Positions 59,420-64,000 of a stretch of 64,000 bases of DNA are shown in pieces. Positions within the stretch are counted from its first letter, which is position 1. Each line of letters starts with the position of its first letter. Source of the stretch: Nitrospirota bacterium. GTDB taxonomy: Bacteria > Nitrospirota > JACRHJ01. The position numbers and the translations under genes are program-made. The notes beneath the pieces were generated by a model. It worked only from the letters and a program-made list of their open reading frames with translations. It did not search any database and was not told the DNA's origin. Location of the stretch: NCBI GenBank assembly GCA_963845245.1, contig CAWJRJ010000017.1, positions 32,001 to 96,000 on the forward strand. The letters run 5' to 3'.

Positions 59420-60973
59420 ATGGTTAACTTTAGGGTAGTTGCGTTTGGAATGATATTCCTTTGTTTGTCTGCCGTGCCTTTGATGGCGGAACAGTCAACC
59501 CCTGCCGGTTCCACAGTGCCCACAGTTGCCGAAGCCGACCTGCCGCTTCTCCTGAACTCCTACATGTCGATCGCCGATGAGCGGATCGATGGCATACACA
59601 GAGAACTCAAACTCCTGTCCGACACAAAAGAGGTGAAAAGCGGCGACTGGGATACTATGAAAGGCCTGCTGACAAATCTTGAAAACAGCAGTTTTAATAC
59701 CTCCGTAATCTGGTTTGTGCGCCCGGACGGAGTTTATTATACCGTCGAGGGTGGTCTGGAAAATAAGAAGTTGTCTGACCGTCCTTATTTCCCCGGGCTT
59801 ATGGCTGGCAAAGAAGTTAAAGGATACCTTGTTATCAGCAAGGCCACTGGAAAGAGGTCCGCTATAATTGCGGTACCGGTGAAGGAGAAGGACAAGGTGG
59901 TCGGGGCAATAGGGGTTTCGCTCGATCTGGAGGAGATGAGCAGGATACTCGATGGAAAAATGGGCCTGCCTGACGATATGGTATTTTATGCGCTCAACCA
60001 GGAGGGTCAGAGCTCCTTGCACAGGAATTCCAGCCTGCTGTTTGCCTTCCCCTCCGATGTCGGCAGCAAGACGCTTAAAGAGGCTACCGGTGAGATGCTC
60101 TCAAAACCGCAGGGCACCGTCACGTATGAATATCACGGCGAGAAAAAGATATTTTTCAAGAGGTCGCTGGTCACGGACTGGGTCTTTGCGCTTGGCGTTG
60201 TCGTAGGCAGAGGTGCTACGCAGGCCAGGGATGAGTTGCCATCGATAATACTTTCAGAGCTGCAAAGGGATATAACCGCCAGGTTGAACAAGATGGACGC
60301 CGGCCTTTATGATGCATCCATCGGGCTCTCGGACAAGGAACTGGGAGGGCCGGAGGCAGGCGCGGTACTTCAGATGCTGTGCAGTCTGACTCCGCATGCC
60401 GTTGACTGCGTCACAGTCGACAAGAAAGGCATAATAGTCAATATTGCACCGGAGCAGTACAGTAAGGCTGTCGGGTCGGACATCAGTAGCCAGGGGCATG
60501 TCATAAGCTTTCTCGGGAAGAAAGATCCGGAATTAAGCAGTGTCTTTCGCGCGGTCGAGGGGTTCGATGCAGCCGTCATGTTGCGGCCCGTATTCGACAA
60601 GAATAAAGAGTTAGTCGGTTCGGTGAACATCGTGATCAGGCCTGACATATTCCTGTCCGAGGTCATAACGCCTGTGGTCCACGGGCTGCCCGTAGATATC
60701 TGCGTCCTGCAGAAGGACGGAAGGGTGGTATATGACCCGGACCAGGATGAGATAGGACGGATTCTTTTTACCGACCCGATGTATCAGCCATACCCTGAAC
60801 TGCTCTCTTTTGGGGCTGAAGTCGTCAAAGGGAAAAGCGGGTCAGGCAGCTATACCTTCTTGAGCAAGACCTCAAACAAGGTAGTCAAAAAAGACGCATG
60901 GTGGGACACCGTAGGGATCCACGGCACGGAGTGGCGGATAGTCATAATACAGGAAGCGAAACAGTCCATATAG
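59420..60973 (+). CDS. Exported protein with two tandem Cache sensor domains and no output domain
   Basis: Signal peptide; SDRPYF...ISKATGK..IIAVPV and DISSQGH...EGFDA..PVFD...GSV; DG.VVYDPD. Confidence 0.8.
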   Translation: MVNFRVVAFGMIFLCLSAVPLMAEQSTPAGSTVPTVAEADLPLLLNSYMSIADERIDGIHRELKLLSDTKEVKSGDWDTMKGLLTNLENSSFNTSVIWFVRPDGVYYTVEGGLENKKLSDRPYFPGLMAGKEVKGYLVISKATGKRSAIIAVPVKEKDKVVGAIGVSLDLEEMSRILDGKMGLPDDMVFYALNQEGQSSLHRNSSLLFAFPSDVGSKTLKEATGEMLSKPQGTVTYEYHGEKKIFFKRSLVTDWVFALGVVVGRGATQARDELPSIILSELQRDITARLNKMDAGLYDASIGLSDKELGGPEAGAVLQMLCSLTPHAVDCVTVDKKGIIVNIAPEQYSKAVGSDISSQGHVISFLGKKDPELSSVFRAVEGFDAAVMLRPVFDKNKELVGSVNIVIRPDIFLSEVITPVVHGLPVDICVLQKDGRVVYDPDQDEIGRILFTDPMYQPYPELLSFGAEVVKGKSGSGSYTFLSKTSNKVVKKDAWWDTVGIHGTEWRIVIIQEAKQSI

Positions 60974-60998
60974 GTTTTCGGGTCATTCATAGAAATTG

Positions 60999-61033
60999 AA
61001 AAGGGGTTACGATTTAATTCGTAGCCCTTTTTT
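60999..61033 (+). terminator. Rho-independent terminator
   Basis: gggttacga/tcgtagccc stem followed by T tract. Confidence 0.75.
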
Positions 61034-61116
61034 ATTAAGATAATTTAATTATTTATTTGTTAATGCTATTTCACTGTGATAAAGTTCTGCTCATTTACTT
61101 GTTGAAAGGTAATAAT

Positions 61117-61716
61117 TTGGCTAACAAATTCTTCAGCCGGGATGTTTTAGGTAAATTAATCCTTGTATTCTCATTGGTTTTTATAATCTCAGCATTGTAC
61201 TTTCTTTCCAATATCAAACCAAAGAAAACTGCATCTGCGCATATTTATAACTATAAAGGCATGGTTATAGAAGGCCTTGATTTTGTAGACCTTGATCTTG
61301 ACACAGTGCGGCTGAGGGTTAAGGCCGAAAAAGCACAGCTCGTAAACAGGCAATACGGTTTCTTTCGGTTGGCGCTGGGTAAAGTCCTTGAACTCGATAA
61401 GCCGGACTTTGAAATATTCAATGAGGGCGGGAAAATCGAAATAAAGGCTGTAGGCGCCCTGGTTGACCCAGAGAAGAAGTCCGTGACATTCCAGGGTGAA
61501 GTTGAGGTTCTCGGGGCTGATAGCGGTAATATCAGTGCCGACCGATTAATTTGGGAATATTCCCGGTCGCGTATTGAAATAAAGGGAGGATATGCTTTAA
61601 AAAGGGCTGGAAAATCAGTCAAAATAATGGACACGGATCTTGAGCTGGATCTGCCTGATGCTCATGGTCAAAAGGAGAAAAAGGAGGCTATGGGGCTATG
61701 CGTAAAAGGCTTATAA
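61117..61716 (+). CDS. LptC/OstA-like beta-jellyroll membrane-anchored protein
   Basis: TTG start with GAAAGG RBS; one TM; VKAEKA, ISADRLIW. Confidence 0.55.
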   Translation: MANKFFSRDVLGKLILVFSLVFIISALYFLSNIKPKKTASAHIYNYKGMVIEGLDFVDLDLDTVRLRVKAEKAQLVNRQYGFFRLALGKVLELDKPDFEIFNEGGKIEIKAVGALVDPEKKSVTFQGEVEVLGADSGNISADRLIWEYSRSRIEIKGGYALKRAGKSVKIMDTDLELDLPDAHGQKEKKEAMGLCVKGL

Positions 61717-63302
61717 AAGCGGCTGCCGTTGCCGGTATCGCTGGAACAATTATTCTGGCGGCAACGGTCGGATGGTCGAAGGTTGGGAATTTTATCAGGT
61801 TGAACTGGAATGGCAACAGCAGTGTTCAAGCCCGCGATAATCAGGACAAGAGCGTATCAGCGGTCAGCCTTACGGCAGACGAGCTCGTTACACAAGGACG
61901 CGGCCTGCTGGCCGCAAACGATATAGTCGGTGCGAACCAGAAGTTTGCTCTCGCTCTAAAGACAAATAAACTCAACAAGGATGCCAATTTCTTTTATGCT
62001 ATAACCAGGATTCCCGCGCTCTACCAGGGTCCTGCGCTTGCGAATAGCACGAATACGGGTACTCTCTGCGGTTTGTTGAAAGCTTTCGGATATCAAGGAA
62101 CTTTTGACCTGTTCCATTTTAATGCTGCCATGCAGAGAGACGCCCTCGGCCATACCTATTTCCCGGCAAGTTCGCCAAGTCCGGCAAAGGTTACGAGCTT
62201 CCTTGTAAAGAAGGTCGTGAAGGAGATAGACGGAGCGCTGGCAAACCTTGCAGTCCTTACCCCGGACTATACCGTGACGTTGACTCCGGCGGAAACGAAG
62301 GCTGTTGACAGCATCCTGATCGATGCTGGTGATATAGCGATGTACAAGTCGATCCTTGACCTGACCAAGTCCACCATACTTATATCCGCCGCCTATAATA
62401 CGGATATAAAGCCGTACGACCTGTACAATGCTAAAGTCGCCAAAGGATACCTCAGTATCCAAAACGACATATTGAACCCGAAAAAGAAATTTATGACTGT
62501 TGCAAAAGCCTCTTCATTGGTCACGGCAAAGGCGGCGCTCCACAATTCAATAACTGATTATATATATGCCTCCGATTACATAAGGAACGTCAGGCCGCCG
62601 GACCATATCGGGGACCTCGTGACCTTCGACCCCTCATTCTTATCGGAAGAAGAATTTTTCAGGGGTAAACTTTCTGAACTGGACAGTTCGTTAAATGCCT
62701 CGACATATTTTGTATTTCCATCTTCCCATGGCTTCAACGACCTTAATTTAAACCTCTCGAAGATGTTTAGCGCTACGCCTGTTAGCCCGCGTTCTCTGCT
62801 ACCTGCGTTTGACCCCATCACAAACCAGGTAATGCCTGGCACTCTGCCCGACAAAAAGTTTGGCGGGATATTGCCAGGTTATTGGATTTCCCTGTTCAAG
62901 GAAACCAATGGCTTTTCTAATTCTGCGGGGTCAGAATATCTTGTCAGGGTAAAAGTAACGGATATGATCAGCAAGCCCATGGCGGGCCTCACCGTTACCT
63001 TATCCTTTGATAACGGAGACCCGGACCTGACGCTCTACGACGACGGGACTCAAGGGGATGAGACCGCTAACGACGGCGTCTACTCGAACGCACATTGGTC
63101 TTCGGCGACAGCCGGCCACGTGAACCTTACATATACTGCGACCGACGGGGCTAGCCCGGACGCGCATGCATGGCAGGGTGGAGATATATATAGGTTCTAT
63201 TTAGTATGCCATGAGGTTGCGGGGGCATGGGTTAGCTCCCGCAACCTTATCCTAACGGGGATTTATATTTCATGTTTTATAAAGCAATATCCTTTACCTT
63301 AG
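61698..63302 (+). CDS. Large exported protein with N-terminal TPR and C-terminal choice-of-anchor X-like domain (true stop may be near 63153)
   Basis: Signal-like N-terminus; LYDDGTQGDETANDGVYS motif; last ~50 aa look non-coding and span a hairpin at 63214-63247. Confidence 0.7.
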   Translation: MRKRLIKAAAVAGIAGTIILAATVGWSKVGNFIRLNWNGNSSVQARDNQDKSVSAVSLTADELVTQGRGLLAANDIVGANQKFALALKTNKLNKDANFFYAITRIPALYQGPALANSTNTGTLCGLLKAFGYQGTFDLFHFNAAMQRDALGHTYFPASSPSPAKVTSFLVKKVVKEIDGALANLAVLTPDYTVTLTPAETKAVDSILIDAGDIAMYKSILDLTKSTILISAAYNTDIKPYDLYNAKVAKGYLSIQNDILNPKKKFMTVAKASSLVTAKAALHNSITDYIYASDYIRNVRPPDHIGDLVTFDPSFLSEEEFFRGKLSELDSSLNASTYFVFPSSHGFNDLNLNLSKMFSATPVSPRSLLPAFDPITNQVMPGTLPDKKFGGILPGYWISLFKETNGFSNSAGSEYLVRVKVTDMISKPMAGLTVTLSFDNGDPDLTLYDDGTQGDETANDGVYSNAHWSSATAGHVNLTYTATDGASPDAHAWQGGDIYRFYLVCHEVAGAWVSSRNLILTGIYISCFIKQYPLP

Positions 63303-63820
63303 CCTTGTTTTTAATCGAAAGCTCCGCCTATGCCGGTTCGTATCTGGTTCAGTTGAAAAACGGCAACTCCCTTTCCGTTAACTCCTACAAAGTCGTTAAC
63401 AAAAAAATCTATCTCAAATATCCTGTAGGTGAAGCCGGTATCCCTGTACAGGATGTTTTATCTATCACCGGAGAGGAAGGGGCGGTTGATTTTTTACAGA
63501 GCAATGGCGAGGCTGGCAAAAAGGTTGCCAGAGCCCCGGAGGGTCCGGCCAGCGTGAAAAAATCCTCTCCTGCAGTTGTCACACCGAAAAAGAAAAATGG
63601 CTTAAGGTTGGCCGGTTTGAAGGAAAAAATCAAACACAGTGCAAAATCAGGCAAGGACCCGATACTGCTTAAAAAATTGGCCAGCGGGAAAAAAATCGAC
63701 GAGAGCAAATACGTTAAAGAGTATTTAGCGGCTGATGCTCAAAAGAGAGACGAAATCAATAAAAACCCCGATCCGGCCGTTTCCGACGTGCTGGATGACG
63801 GGACATCAGCCGAAGAGTAA
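63272..63820 (+). CDS. Exported hypothetical protein
   Basis: Signal peptide (SSAYA); YLVQLKNG...G.....DVLSI Sm/SH3-like N-domain. Confidence 0.65.
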   Translation: MFYKAISFTLALFLIESSAYAGSYLVQLKNGNSLSVNSYKVVNKKIYLKYPVGEAGIPVQDVLSITGEEGAVDFLQSNGEAGKKVARAPEGPASVKKSSPAVVTPKKKNGLRLAGLKEKIKHSAKSGKDPILLKKLASGKKIDESKYVKEYLAADAQKRDEINKNPDPAVSDVLDDGTSAEE

Positions 63821-63935
63821 TAAAGACCTCTAAGATATCCGCCCCTCAGATGGGACACAAGGGCGGCTTTTATCTTCATATCCGCGCTGCACGGCCTCTC
63901 CCCACTTCTTTTAGTCATTTACCGATTTAGTAAAC

Positions 63936-63973
63936 AATAAAAAGGCTGCGAGGAAACTCGCAGCCTTTTTATT
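63936..63973. terminator. Bidirectional terminator
   Basis: aataaaaaggctgcgag-gaaa-ctcgcagcctttttatt 17-bp perfect stem. Confidence 0.85.
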
Positions 63974-64000
63974 TTCAGATGAATTTATTGATTAGCATTT

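Overview
GC-rich bacterial chromosomal segment. Gene content (queH behind ruvB, a RACo/AcsV-type activator, hemerythrin, Cys-rich PAS kinase, two-CW protein, lptD/pagL) suggests a diderm anaerobe of Nitrospirota/Desulfobacterota type; this taxonomy is inference. It is mostly housekeeping and envelope genes: tandem HD-GYP genes, ruvB-queH, pheST, cutA, nfi-nth fusion, vapBC, csp, secA-accD-folC-lptD, rmlACBD-ugd-uxs-pagL, alr, radA, marR-emrAB, cls and manB. The right third is a more accessory, signalling-rich region. Many genes, including essential ones, are split by single-base indels, most likely long-read assembly errors. Features outside the ORF track: a 6S-like structured RNA (30436-30573), a perfect parS palindrome (39796-39811), an unannotated 51-aa Flp/Tad pilin (52473-52628), several miniature palindromic repeats (one translated in frame as the EndoV-EndoIII linker) and an AT-rich islet with a truncated helicase-nuclease C-terminus. 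No tRNA, rRNA, CRISPR array, integrase or transposase was seen. No complete novel system can be proven from the sequence alone. The best candidates are the repeat-linked repair fusion, the orphan ATP-dependent reductase pair, the orphan Flp module and the redox-sensing cluster.
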